The notes below the pieces were generated by a model. It saw nothing but the letters and a program-made list of their open reading frames with translations. It searched no databases and was not told the DNA's origin. A program made the translations under genes and the position numbers. A DNA stretch of 64,000 bases from Bacteroidota bacterium. Its GTDB lineage: Bacteria > Bacteroidota > Bacteroidia > Bacteroidales > Paludibacteraceae. Every line of letters starts with the position of its first letter. The first letter of the stretch is position 1. The stretch spans positions 5,014-69,013 of the forward strand of contig JAKIYP010000002.1 in the NCBI GenBank assembly GCA_022708505.1, in the 5' to 3' direction. This document shows, in pieces, positions 1-9,177 of this stretch.

Positions 1-212
1 CCCAAATTCTGCGGAAAGAGTAAAGAGCCGAGATAGGTAAACAGCGCCACCATGGGCGGATGATCAAAATAACCCCAATCTATGTATTTACCCCAGAAAG
101 CATAATAAGCCTCATCGTTGGTGATTTCAGTGAAAACCGCCTGAAACAGATTCAGCAAAAACCAACCCGACAACAACAAGAGAAAGAGTTGTAGCGGCGT
201 AATACGTTTCAT
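1..212 (-). CDS. 5' part of a membrane glycosyltransferase (GT39/ArnT-like), truncated by the window edge
   Basis: Manual translation MKRITPLQLFLLLSGWFLLNLFQAVFTEITNDEAYYAFWGKYIDWGYFDHPPMVA carries the DEAYY...GYFDHPP motif. Its ATG overlaps the rfbD stop (ATGA). Confidence 0.75.
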   Translation of the reverse strand, partial: MKRITPLQLFLLLLSGWFLLNLFQAVFTEITNDEAYYAFWGKYIDWGYFDHPPMVALFTYLGSLLFPQNL

Positions 213-1069
213 TTTACAGCAAGGATGGCCATGCAGCGACGCAAGCCATCTTCCCAATGAGGAATTTGAATGTTATAGTTGGATTTAATTTTCTTTTTAT
301 TCAGCACACTGTAATGCGGACGGGGTGTTTTCGCCGGATAATCCTTACTTTCGATGGGCAGCACCCGGCAGTTGATCCCGGCTATCTGGTGTATGGCAAT
401 GGTGAAATCGTACCAGCTACACACGCCTTCGTTTGAGTAATGATATACTCCCGGGATGAATTTATCCGCCGAAACAATCTGTAGTAAAGCATCAGCCAAA
501 TCTGCCGCATAGGTCGGCGTACCTACCTGATCGAATATCACGTTCAGGGTATCGCGTTCCCGACCGAGTTTAATCATGGTCTTGACAAAGTTATTTCCAA
601 ATGATGAGTAAAGCCAGGAAGTCCGCACGATGACCGCAGCCGGACAAACATCCATCAGCAACAGCTCCCCCGCCAGTTTCGATTTGCCGTAAACGGTAGC
701 CGGACAAACAGGCCTGTCTTCGGTATAAGGCAAATAACTGGTACCATCAAAAACATAATCGGTGGAAACATGCACCATCTTCGTTCCGTATTGCGCGGCA
801 ACTTCGCCTAAAATACCAACGGCTTTCTCATTTATCCGGTAACAGAGTTCAACATCTTCCTCGGCTTTGTCGACTGCCGTATAAGCGGCGCAATTCAGCA
901 AAACGTCAATTTTACGTTCTGCAAAGTATTTTTCAACAGCTTTCCGGTCACAAATATCAAGTTCCTCAACATCCGTAAAAATAAACTCAAACTGCGGATA
1001 AGAGGAAGCGAATACCTGTACTTCATTTCCCAGCTGACCTTTACTGCCTGTAACCAAAACCGTTTGCAT
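209..1069 (-). CDS. rfbD: dTDP-4-dehydrorhamnose reductase
   Basis: VLVTGSKGQLG, NCAAYTAVDKAE, STDYVFDG, YGKSK motifs; start taken at MQTVLV. Confidence 0.95.
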   Translation of the reverse strand: MQTVLVTGSKGQLGNEVQVFASSYPQFEFIFTDVEELDICDRKAVEKYFAERKIDVLLNCAAYTAVDKAEEDVELCYRINEKAVGILGEVAAQYGTKMVHVSTDYVFDGTSYLPYTEDRPVCPATVYGKSKLAGELLLMDVCPAAVIVRTSWLYSSFGNNFVKTMIKLGRERDTLNVIFDQVGTPTYAADLADALLQIVSADKFIPGVYHYSNEGVCSWYDFTIAIHQIAGINCRVLPIESKDYPAKTPRPHYSVLNKKKIKSNYNIQIPHWEDGLRRCMAILAVK

Positions 1070-1088
1070 TACTCTATGATTTAGCATA

Positions 1089-1637
1089 TTAGAAATTCAT
1101 TTCAGCGTCTTTAAACAAAGGATGCACCTGATCTTTGGGAGACACAATCGCTTTATCAGCCGGAATTTTCCAGTCAATGCTCAGCGCAGGATCATTGTAC
1201 AAAATTCCCCGTTCCGATGCCTGATTGTAAAACGCATCACATTTGTAGGTAAAAAGAGCTGATTCACTGATAACTGAAAAACCATGGGCAAATCCTTTGG
1301 GAATCAAAAACTGCAATTTGTTTTCAGCAGTGAGTTCAATTCCATACCACTGTCCGAACGTCGGGGAATCTTTTCTGAGATCGACCGCGACATCCCAAAC
1401 AGCACCGATGGATACTGAAACTAATTTCGATTGACTGCGCGGGTTCAATTGATAATGCAATCCACGAATCACACCATAAGTTGATTTCGATTGGTTATCC
1501 TGACAAAAATCAAGGTCAATACCAGCTTCTTTATATTTTCCACGGTTGTAACTTTCATAGAAAAAACCGCGTGCATCTTCAAAAACACGGGGTTTGATGA
1601 TTAACAATCCGGCAATGGGTGTTTCAATAATCTCCAT
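1089..1637 (-). CDS. rfbC: dTDP-4-dehydrorhamnose 3,5-epimerase
   Basis: DARGFFYE, QDNQS..GVIRGLHYQ, IPKGFAHGF. Confidence 0.95.
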   Translation of the reverse strand: MEIIETPIAGLLIIKPRVFEDARGFFYESYNRGKYKEAGIDLDFCQDNQSKSTYGVIRGLHYQLNPRSQSKLVSVSIGAVWDVAVDLRKDSPTFGQWYGIELTAENKLQFLIPKGFAHGFSVISESALFTYKCDAFYNQASERGILYNDPALSIDWKIPADKAIVSPKDQVHPLFKDAEMNF

Positions 1638-1640
1638 GTA

Positions 1641-2516
1641 TCAACATGTTTTATCGTTGGCAATTTTAATCATATACTCTCCGTAATGGTTTTTCTTCAA
1701 AGGCTCTGCCAATTTCAACAATTGTTCTTTGCTGATGTATCCGTTGCGGAAAGCAATTTCTTCGATACAAGCAACTTTCAGTCCCTGCCGGTTTTCGATA
1801 GTGGCGATGAAGTTGGAGGCTTCGAGCAGACTGTCATGCGTTCCCGTATCAAGCCAGGCCATCCCGCGACCCATGATCTTCATATTTAATCTTCCTTCTT
1901 CCAGATAAAGCCTGTTTAAATCAGTGATTTCCAGTTCTCCTCTCTTAGATGGTTTCAGCGATTTGGCTTTTTCCACCACATCGTTGCCGTAGAAATACAG
2001 GCCGGTTACTGCATAGTTTGATTTGGGTACGGTCGGTTTTTCTTCCAGACTGAGCACCTTTCCATCCGCATCAAACTCGGCAACTCCATAGCGTTCGGGA
2101 TCATTCACATAATAGCCGAACACGATGGCGCCATCCTGCAATTTAGCTGCTTCCTTCAGCGTTCTCGAAAAGTCAAATCCATAGAATATATTATCTCCCA
2201 GGATCATACAAACCGAATCATCACCGATGAATTGCTCGCCAATAATAAAGGCCTGTGCCAGTCCGTCCGGCGATGGTTGTATGGCATATTCCAGTTTAAT
2301 GCCTAAATCTTCTCCGTTCCCGAGTAAATTTTCATATAAATGAATATCCTGTGGGGTTGAAATAATCAGAATTTCTTTGAGTCCGGCGAGCATCAACACA
2401 GATAAAGGATAGTAAATCATGGGTTTATCGTAAACCGGAATAATTTGTTTCGAGATGCTTTTGGTTACCGGATACAAACGGGTGCCGGAACCTCCGGCCA
2501 AGATGATACCTTTCAT
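1641..2516 (-). CDS. rfbA: glucose-1-phosphate thymidylyltransferase
   Basis: [30 protein letters not shown]. Confidence 0.97.
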   Translation of the reverse strand: MKGIILAGGSGTRLYPVTKSISKQIIPVYDKPMIYYPLSVLMLAGLKEILIISTPQDIHLYENLLGNGEDLGIKLEYAIQPSPDGLAQAFIIGEQFIGDDSVCMILGDNIFYGFDFSRTLKEAAKLQDGAIVFGYYVNDPERYGVAEFDADGKVLSLEEKPTVPKSNYAVTGLYFYGNDVVEKAKSLKPSKRGELEITDLNRLYLEEGRLNMKIMGRGMAWLDTGTHDSLLEASNFIATIENRQGLKVACIEEIAFRNGYISKEQLLKLAEPLKKNHYGEYMIKIANDKTC

Positions 2517-2554
2517 ATTATATCTTTTTATTTAAGTTATAGGGTGTTTGTTAA

Positions 2555-2747
2555 TAGTGGTTAGTGGTTAGTGGTTAGTGGTTAGTGGTTAATTATAGTC
2601 TATAGACTATACATCCACCAGCTTTCCGCTTTCCGCTTTCCGCTTTCCGCTTTCCGCTTTCCGCTTTCCGCTTTCCGCTTTCCGCTATTCGTTATTCGCT
2701 ATTCGCTATTCGCTATTCGCTATTCGCTATTCGCTATTTCTCTATTC
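2555..2747. repeat. composite heptamer arrays in the rfbA leader: (TAGTGGT)5, TATAGTC-TATAGAC, (GCTTTCC)9, about 8-9 GCTATTC-like units
   Basis: Read directly from sequence. Confidence 0.95.
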
Positions 2748-2751
2748 CGCA

Positions 2752-2759
2752 CAAAGATA
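2752..2759 (-). promoter_or_regulatory. Bacteroidetes primary-sigma -7 element (TATCTTTG) upstream of the rfb operon
   Basis: Matches the TAnnTTTG consensus on the minus strand. Confidence 0.6.
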
Positions 2760-2765
2760 ATATTT

Positions 2766-3311
2766 TTATTGTAAGTCAAGCTCTCCGTTTTTCCATGCAT
2801 GATAGTTTTTAGCCAGCAATACCATAAATTTGGAAATTTCCTCACGGGTCTTTTCTGTTTCAGGAGTTATCACTGACTTTTGCAAGCGTAACATCAGGAT
2901 ACCATATTGAAAGTTGAAACACAGTTCAATGTCACTCAATCCCGTTTCGGCTTTTCGCCGGAACTGATTAATCAAGGGCAACACATGGATGTATTTGGCG
3001 TTATAGGCCGGCACTTGTCCTGATTTCAGCAGTAAAACATGCAATTCATCCAGTTCGGAAATCACATTTTTGTTTATTTGCAGATGTCCCTTTTCCATCA
3101 CCTGTTCCATACGCATCATCTCAATCAGACTTTCGTACCAATCCACAACAACCTTGCGTCCGGCATCTTCTTTAAACTCAAAACGGGATATAACAGTATT
3201 GTTAATCCGGTCCATATCGAACTGCAGGGCACGGATCAGATCTTCAATCTGCCACATATACAGCAGATATTCACTTATGTTTGTTTTTTTAAGTTGGGAA
3301 GCGATGAGCAT
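2766..3311 (-). CDS. DUF4924-like conserved Bacteroidetes protein
   Basis: N-terminal NISEYLLYMWQIEDLIRA motif. Confidence 0.75.
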   Translation of the reverse strand: MLIASQLKKTNISEYLLYMWQIEDLIRALQFDMDRINNTVISRFEFKEDAGRKVVVDWYESLIEMMRMEQVMEKGHLQINKNVISELDELHVLLLKSGQVPAYNAKYIHVLPLINQFRRKAETGLSDIELCFNFQYGILMLRLQKSVITPETEKTREEISKFMVLLAKNYHAWKNGELDLQ

Positions 3312-3318
3312 GATTATT

Positions 3319-3403
3319 TAGTGGTTAGTGGTCAGTGGTTAGTGGTCAGTGGTCAGTGGTTAGTGAAAAAAAATAACCACTATCAACTAACCACTAACCA
3401 CTA
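3319..3403. repeat. converging heptamer arrays: 7x (T/C)AGTGGT-like followed by 4x ACCACTA-like (inverted)
   Basis: Read directly; fills almost the whole intergenic gap. Confidence 0.95.
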
Positions 3404-3405
3404 TA

Positions 3406-3810
3406 TTAATCTTCTTCAAATTCAAAGAAAAACGTCGGCTCAAAGAAATCATCGAGTTCGCGGCGTTCTTTTTTGGTGGGACGGCCGGTTCCTCTTTCTC
3501 GGTTGTTTTTCGCGGCGATTTTACCGAGTTCGTATAATTCGAGTTGATCGGGAGTGGTTACATTTTTCATGTAATCGGGTACCAGTTTGGCTCCCATACG
3601 GTTTTCCGCTAACGCGAGCACTTCAAACGAGAAAAGGACAGGATTGCGTTTCACGCCTATCACCTCTCCAACTTTGATATTTCTGGAGGGTTTTGCTTCT
3701 ACCCCTCCAACCAATATCTTCCCCTTTTTACAAGCCTCGGCAGCAAGAGAACGGGTTTTGAAAAGACGAACCGCCCAAAGCCACTTATCTATACGAACTT
3801 CTGTTTTCAT
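3406..3810 (-). CDS. hslR: S4-domain RNA-binding protein (Hsp15-like)
   Basis: [25 protein letters not shown]. Confidence 0.88.
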   Translation of the reverse strand: MKTEVRIDKWLWAVRLFKTRSLAAEACKKGKILVGGVEAKPSRNIKVGEVIGVKRNPVLFSFEVLALAENRMGAKLVPDYMKNVTTPDQLELYELGKIAAKNNRERGTGRPTKKERRELDDFFEPTFFFEFEED

Positions 3811-4370
3811 TTATTATTGAATTGTGTCATCGTGAGCTGCATCCCGGCAAGACAGAAACTTTTAATCATTTCAATTGCCTTATCCACTCTTTCCGGCAAC
3901 AATTTTTGTTCTTCTTCATCCCATCTTCCCAGCACGTATTCAACCTGATAACCTTTAGGGAAATTATTCCCGATTCCGAAACGCAAACGGGCATAGGTGT
4001 TGTGTCCCAGAATGTCCTGAATATTTTTCAGTCCGTTATGTCCGGCATCAGAACCTTGCGGTTTGAGACGGAGGGTACCGAAAGGCAGGGCGATATCGTC
4101 CACCAGTATCAGAACATTTTCAATTTCAATTTTCTCTTTTTGCATCCAGTAGCGTAGCGCATGCCCGCTCAGGTTCATAAAGGTAGACGGTTTCAGCAGG
4201 ACAAGCGTACGGCCTTTCAGTTTCACCTGCGTAACAAAGCCATAACGTTTATCCTCAAAAAAAACATTGGACGCCCTTGCAAGAGCGTCCAATATTGTGA
4301 ATCCTATGTTGTGGCGGGTATCCTGGTACTCAGGACCAATATTACCCAGTCCAACGATCAAGTATTTCAT
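3807..4370 (-). CDS. pth: peptidyl-tRNA hydrolase
   Basis: [23 protein letters not shown]. Confidence 0.96.
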   Translation of the reverse strand: MKYLIVGLGNIGPEYQDTRHNIGFTILDALARASNVFFEDKRYGFVTQVKLKGRTLVLLKPSTFMNLSGHALRYWMQKEKIEIENVLILVDDIALPFGTLRLKPQGSDAGHNGLKNIQDILGHNTYARLRFGIGNNFPKGYQVEYVLGRWDEEEQKLLPERVDKAIEMIKSFCLAGMQLTMTQFNNK

Positions 4371-4381
4371 TTCAACTGCAA

Positions 4382-4960
4382 TTATTTTCCGGAGGCAGCA
4401 GCGGCAGCTCCACGGGCGGCTCTTGTCAGTTTAACCTGTGCGACAACGGCATTTTTAGCGTTCAGGATTTCCAGTTTGTCAATTTTAACGGCACCAACCT
4501 GAATAGTTTTACCCAAACCTAAGTTGGTTACGTCAATGGTAATAGCTTCAGGGAAATCAGTATAAATACCTTTAACTTTCAGCTTGCGCATTTGCAAGGC
4601 TAATTTACCCCCAGCTTTAACCCCTTCAGCAAGACCGTTTAATTTCACCGGAACTTCCAAAACAACCGGTTTTTTATCACTTACTTCCAGAAAATCGATA
4701 TGTAACACCTTATCCGATACCGGGTGGAACTGTAAATCCTTCATGATGGCTTTGCTCTTTTTACCATCTACATCGAGATCCACGATAAACACTTCCGGAG
4801 AATAAATCAATTTTCTTAAATCGCTTGCTGTGGCTGTAAAATGTACATTTTCACCTGTTCCGTACAATACGCAGGGTACACTTTCCTCTGCACGTGTGGC
4901 TTTCGAAGCCTTTTTACCAAGTTCCTCGCGAACTTTACCTTTTAATTCAAAAGTTTTCAT
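4382..4960 (-). CDS. rplY: 50S ribosomal protein L25/Ctc
   Basis: VPCVLYG, LQFHPV..HIDF; adjacent to pth. Confidence 0.95.
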   Translation of the reverse strand: MKTFELKGKVREELGKKASKATRAEESVPCVLYGTGENVHFTATASDLRKLIYSPEVFIVDLDVDGKKSKAIMKDLQFHPVSDKVLHIDFLEVSDKKPVVLEVPVKLNGLAEGVKAGGKLALQMRKLKVKGIYTDFPEAITIDVTNLGLGKTIQVGAVKIDKLEILNAKNAVVAQVKLTRAARGAAAAASGK

Positions 4961-5223
4961 CTTAATTAATTAATTGTGTTACTCAAAATTTAAGCGTTGA
5001 TTTTTAAGTGATTAGTCGCTTAATTTCCCATCACACTTTCTGCATTAGAAAAGCGGGGCAAAGATAATATTATTTTACCGAAGTTGCAAATAAGATTAAA
5101 ATCAATTACACTCACACAATTCCACTCACACCGCAGGTGTGATATTATTCATAACCGTATGCAAGCGAAGCGCAGCTTACGGAGCACAACTCTTCATATT
5201 AATATAGCCCCGCAGGGGCGAAA

Positions 5224-5670
5224 TTATCTTTGCCAGTCACGTTCATCTAACTCCAATCCCATTTCCCTGAGAAAAACAATGTACTCTTCTTTGAAACTAA
5301 TCTTTTTGTGATGCTCTCTTTGATTTTTAATATAATTATATACTACTTCCTTTTCTTTTACATTACAAGATATGACAGCATAACCCTCACTCCATGAAGT
5401 AAAATTCTCAAAACCGGGAGTTTGCTTTAACATTTTGCTGGTTTCAACCTTTAATTCGCGCATAAAATCAGATATTGCGATTGTCGGATGAAGTGAGAAA
5501 AGTAAATGGACATGATCATTCATTCCATTTACCCGATAAAGTTTACTGTTTTTGTTTTTTATTATACCCCAGATGTATCTGTATAATTCATCAGAATGGA
5601 CAAGCGACAGGGTTGGTTGGCTTGCTTTGGTGCGAATGACTGCGTGGTAGAGTAGTTGAATATAGCTCAT
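5224..5670 (-). CDS. tnpA: IS200/IS605-superfamily Y1 (HUH) transposase, no TnpB
   Basis: YHAVIRTK, DHVHLL (HUH), WSEGY, YIKNQ (catalytic Tyr) motifs intact. Confidence 0.92.
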   Translation of the reverse strand: MSYIQLLYHAVIRTKASQPTLSLVHSDELYRYIWGIIKNKNSKLYRVNGMNDHVHLLFSLHPTIAISDFMRELKVETSKMLKQTPGFENFTSWSEGYAVISCNVKEKEVVYNYIKNQREHHKKISFKEEYIVFLREMGLELDERDWQR

Positions 5671-5684
5671 AGTTTATGGGTTTT

Positions 5685-6066
5685 CCGTAAGCTGCGCTGC
5701 GCTTGCATACGGTTATGAATAATTTCACACCTGCGGTGTGAGTGGAACTTTTTTTCTCTTTAGCCCGTAAGCTGCGCTGCGCTTGCATACGGTTATGAAT
5801 AATTTCACACCTGCGGTGTGAGTCGAACTTTTTTTCTCTTTAGCCCGTAAGCTGCGCTGCGCTTGCATACGGTTATGAATAATTTCACACCTATGGTGTG
5901 AGTCGATTTTTTTTCTCTTTAGTCCGTAAGCTGCGCTGCGCTTGCATACGGTTATGAATAATTTCACACCTGCGGTGTGAGTCGAACTTTTTTTCTCTTT
6001 AGTCCGTAAGCTGCGCTACGCTTGCATACGGTTATGAATAATTTCACACCTGCGGTGTGAGTGGAG
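5685..6066. repeat. five tandem copies of a 79-80 bp unit with two hairpins
   Basis: Units start at 5685, 5765, 5845, 5924 and 6004: CCGTAAGCTGCGCTGCGCTTGCATACGG-TTATGAATAATT-TCACACCTGCGGTGTGA-linker. Confidence 0.97.
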
Positions 6067-6187
6067 TGCAAAAATAACAATTATTATCAGCACCTCAAAA
6101 CAACATTATTATGTATCATAACCTTCTCCCGTTTTAAAAAAAAATACTAACTTTGCGGGTTCACAATTTTACATTACCGGCATCACT

Positions 6188-9082
6188 TTGAAACAGGATA
6201 TTGAAACAGAACGCATTGAAGCGTCAGGTGAAATTGAAGTCACAGGCGCCCGCGTACATAACTTAAAAAACATCGACGTTACCATTCCCAGAAACGCGCT
6301 GACCGTCATTACCGGGCTCAGCGGAAGTGGTAAATCCTCTCTTGCTTTCGACACAATTTTCGCCGAAGGTCAGCGTCGTTATATAGAAACTTTCTCGGCC
6401 TATGCCCGTAGTTTTTTGGGCAATCTGGAACGCCCCGATGTAGATAAAATTACCGGATTGAGTCCGGTAATTTCCATCGAACAAAAGACCACCAATAAGA
6501 ACCCCCGTTCGACCGTGGGGACAACCACCGAGATTTACGATTTTCTGCGTTTGCTATTTGCCCGTGCAGGTGAGGCCTATTCGTATGCTACCGGCGAGAA
6601 AATGGTGAAATATTCTGAAGAACAGATTGTCGACCTCATTCTGAAAGACTACGAAGGTAAGAAAACCTTTTTGCTGGCGCCATTGGTAAAAGGACGTAAG
6701 GGGCATTACAAGGAATTGTTCGAAACCACCCGCAAAAAAGGCTATATGCATGTGCGCATCGATGGCGAAATGCGGGAAATTACGCATGGTTTAAAAGTTG
6801 ACCGTTACAAGATACACGACATTGAACTGATCATTGACCGGTTAATCATCTCAGGAAAAGATCGACAACGGTTGAAGCAATCGCTGGAAAAAGCCATGCA
6901 ACAAGGCAACGGCATCGTGATGTTGCTCGATGGCGAAACTGATACTGTCCGATATTTCAGTAAAATGTTGATGTGCCCGACTACGGGAATTTCGTATGAA
7001 GAACCTGCTCCGCACAACTTCTCCTTCAATTCGCCACACGGCGCTTGTCCGCGTTGCAAGGGAATCGGCATCGTAAACGAGATTGACATGGACAAAATCA
7101 TTCCCGATAAATCCATCAGCATATATAATGGTGCAATTGTACCACTGGGGAAACATAAAAATACGATGATTTTCTGGCAGATAGAAGCCATCCTGGAGAA
7201 ATACGATTGTCAGATTAAAATGCCGGTTGCCGACATCCCGGAAGAAGCCATTGAGGAAATCATGAACGGCACAGAGGAGAGACTGAACATCAAGAACCAT
7301 TCGCTCGGCAATTCCAATTATTTTTTGAGTTACGACGGAATCCTGAAGTACATTGAAATGCAGCAGGAGAATTCAGCATCAGCAACTGAACAAAAATGGG
7401 CCAATCAGTTCTCAAAAGAAATTGTTTGCCCCGAATGCCACGGCGCCAAACTGAAAAAAGAATTTCTGCATTTCAGGATACACGATAAGAATATCTCAGA
7501 ACTGGCTAAGATGGACATCGACGAGCTTTTCAATTGGCTGAGTCAGGTGGAACAATATCTTTCGGAAAAACAAAAAGCCATCGCGGTGGAGATTCTCAAA
7601 GAAATCCGGACACGACTTCAGTTTTTATTAGATGTCGGGCTGAGTTATTTATCGTTGAACCGGAGTTCCCACTCACTGTCGGGAGGTGAAAGTCAGCGCA
7701 TCCGCTTAGCCACCCAAATCGGCACGCAGTTGGTTAACGTGCTTTATATACTTGACGAGCCCAGCATCGGCTTACACCAACGTGATAACGAAAGGTTAAT
7801 TCGTTCGCTCAAACAACTGCGCGATACGGGCAACTCAGTCATTGTGGTGGAGCATGACAAGGAAATGATGCTGGCAGCAGATTACGTAATCGATTTGGGA
7901 CCAAGAGCCGGTCGGCATGGAGGAAAAGTGGTATTTGCCGGTACGCCCGAACAAATGCTTTTATCGGATACCATGACCGCCGCTTTTCTGAACGGGAAGG
8001 AGAAAATAGAAATTCCGGCAACTTTAAGACCCGGCAGCGGAAATTACCTGACTATCAAAGGAGCCAAAGGAAACAACCTGAAAAATATTGATGTTAGTTT
8101 CCCTTTGGGTAAGATGATTTGTGTTACCGGTGTATCTGGGAGTGGCAAATCAACCCTGATAAATGAGACCCTGCAACCCATTCTGAGTCAGCATTTCTAT
8201 TCTTCCTTAAAAGACCCGCTGCCTTATGAATCAGTAGAAGGCATAGAACAGGTCGATAAGGTCGTTGTAGTGGATCAGTCGCCCATCGGACGCACGCCCC
8301 GCTCCAACCCCGCTACTTATACCGGCGTATTTTCCGACATTCGCAACCTGTTTGTATCATTACCCGAGGCCAAAATCAGGGCCTACAAACCGGGTCGATT
8401 TTCCTTCAACACCGCTGGCGGCCGGTGTGAAGTGTGCAGCGGGAACGGCTATAAAACCATAGAAATGAACTTTTTACCCGATGTGTACGTTCCCTGTGAA
8501 AGTTGTGGCGGTAAAAGATACAACAAAGAAACATTAGAAGTCCGGTTCAAGGGAAAGTCCATCGCTGATGTGCTCGACATGACCATCAACCAGGCCGTTG
8601 AATTCTTCGAAAATCAACCCATTATCCTCAATAAAATCAAAACGATTCAAGATGTTGGATTGGGGTATATCAGGCTGGGACAATCGAGCACCACCCTATC
8701 GGGGGGTGAAAGTCAGCGTGTAAAACTGGCAACAGAATTATCCAAAAGAGATACAGGAAAAACCCTCTATATACTCGATGAGCCCACGACGGGTTTACAT
8801 TTTGAGGATATCCGCGTACTATTGGACGTATTAAACCGTTTAACAGACAGGGGCAATACCGTCATCATCATTGAACACAACATGGATGTCATCAAGGCCT
8901 GCGACCACATTATCGATATCGGTCCCGAAGGCGGGCGGGCAGGCGGTCAGGTTATTTGCACCGGAACGCCCCGCGAAATAGCGGAAAATTGGGACAGCGA
9001 AACAGGAAAATTCTTGAAAAGGGAGTTGAGCGAAGAGCGAATTGCAGTAGAGACGCACGGCCGTGGGTCTATTAGCGAATAG
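6188..9082 (+). CDS. uvrA: excinuclease ABC subunit A
   Basis: Two ABC ATPase modules (GLSGSGKSS, GVSGSGKST, LSGGE), zinc fingers; TAACTTTG promoter element at 6148-6155. Confidence 0.97.
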   Translation: MKQDIETERIEASGEIEVTGARVHNLKNIDVTIPRNALTVITGLSGSGKSSLAFDTIFAEGQRRYIETFSAYARSFLGNLERPDVDKITGLSPVISIEQKTTNKNPRSTVGTTTEIYDFLRLLFARAGEAYSYATGEKMVKYSEEQIVDLILKDYEGKKTFLLAPLVKGRKGHYKELFETTRKKGYMHVRIDGEMREITHGLKVDRYKIHDIELIIDRLIISGKDRQRLKQSLEKAMQQGNGIVMLLDGETDTVRYFSKMLMCPTTGISYEEPAPHNFSFNSPHGACPRCKGIGIVNEIDMDKIIPDKSISIYNGAIVPLGKHKNTMIFWQIEAILEKYDCQIKMPVADIPEEAIEEIMNGTEERLNIKNHSLGNSNYFLSYDGILKYIEMQQENSASATEQKWANQFSKEIVCPECHGAKLKKEFLHFRIHDKNISELAKMDIDELFNWLSQVEQYLSEKQKAIAVEILKEIRTRLQFLLDVGLSYLSLNRSSHSLSGGESQRIRLATQIGTQLVNVLYILDEPSIGLHQRDNERLIRSLKQLRDTGNSVIVVEHDKEMMLAADYVIDLGPRAGRHGGKVVFAGTPEQMLLSDTMTAAFLNGKEKIEIPATLRPGSGNYLTIKGAKGNNLKNIDVSFPLGKMICVTGVSGSGKSTLINETLQPILSQHFYSSLKDPLPYESVEGIEQVDKVVVVDQSPIGRTPRSNPATYTGVFSDIRNLFVSLPEAKIRAYKPGRFSFNTAGGRCEVCSGNGYKTIEMNFLPDVYVPCESCGGKRYNKETLEVRFKGKSIADVLDMTINQAVEFFENQPIILNKIKTIQDVGLGYIRLGQSSTTLSGGESQRVKLATELSKRDTGKTLYILDEPTTGLHFEDIRVLLDVLNRLTDRGNTVIIIEHNMDVIKACDHIIDIGPEGGRAGGQVICTGTPREIAENWDSETGKFLKRELSEERIAVETHGRGSISE

Positions 9083-9137
9083 TAAAAACAGCCAAGTGCT
9101 GGTTAGAAGGGGTTGCTTCGCCACGCTCGCAATGACG
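9047..9137. repeat. nested REP-like cluster: GTAG-type hairpin (9047-9070), heptamers TAGCGAA-TAGTAAA, CGTC-type element (9111-9137)
   Basis: GTAGAGACGCACGGCCGTGGGTCT; GGTTGCTTCGCCACGCTCGCAATGACG is related to the copies at 34601 and 61873. Confidence 0.75.
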
Positions 9138-9177
9138 TGACCGGCGACCATATTTACGATTTAAGAAAAAAAGTTTT

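Larger units (their letters stand above)
5121..6066. mobile_element. REP-associated (REPtron-like) locus: Y1 transposase with flanking two-hairpin repeats
   Basis: tnpA lies between one inverted copy (5121-5182, plus an extra hairpin at 5207-5219) and five tandem copies of the same unit. The locus sits between the divergent rplY and uvrA promoters. Confidence 0.8.

Noticed and set aside
3039-3677. 212-aa plus-strand ORF with VVSGQWL repeats
   Set aside because: Antisense to real genes; the peptide repeat is just the heptamer array read in frame.
5591-5967. ORFs 5591-5788, 5725-5967 and 5084-5311
   Set aside because: They are translations of the repeat units, with no independent coding evidence.
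5685-6066. CRISPR array
   Set aside because: The segments between conserved parts are nearly identical rather than unique spacers, the conserved part is about 60 bp, and there are no cas genes in the window.
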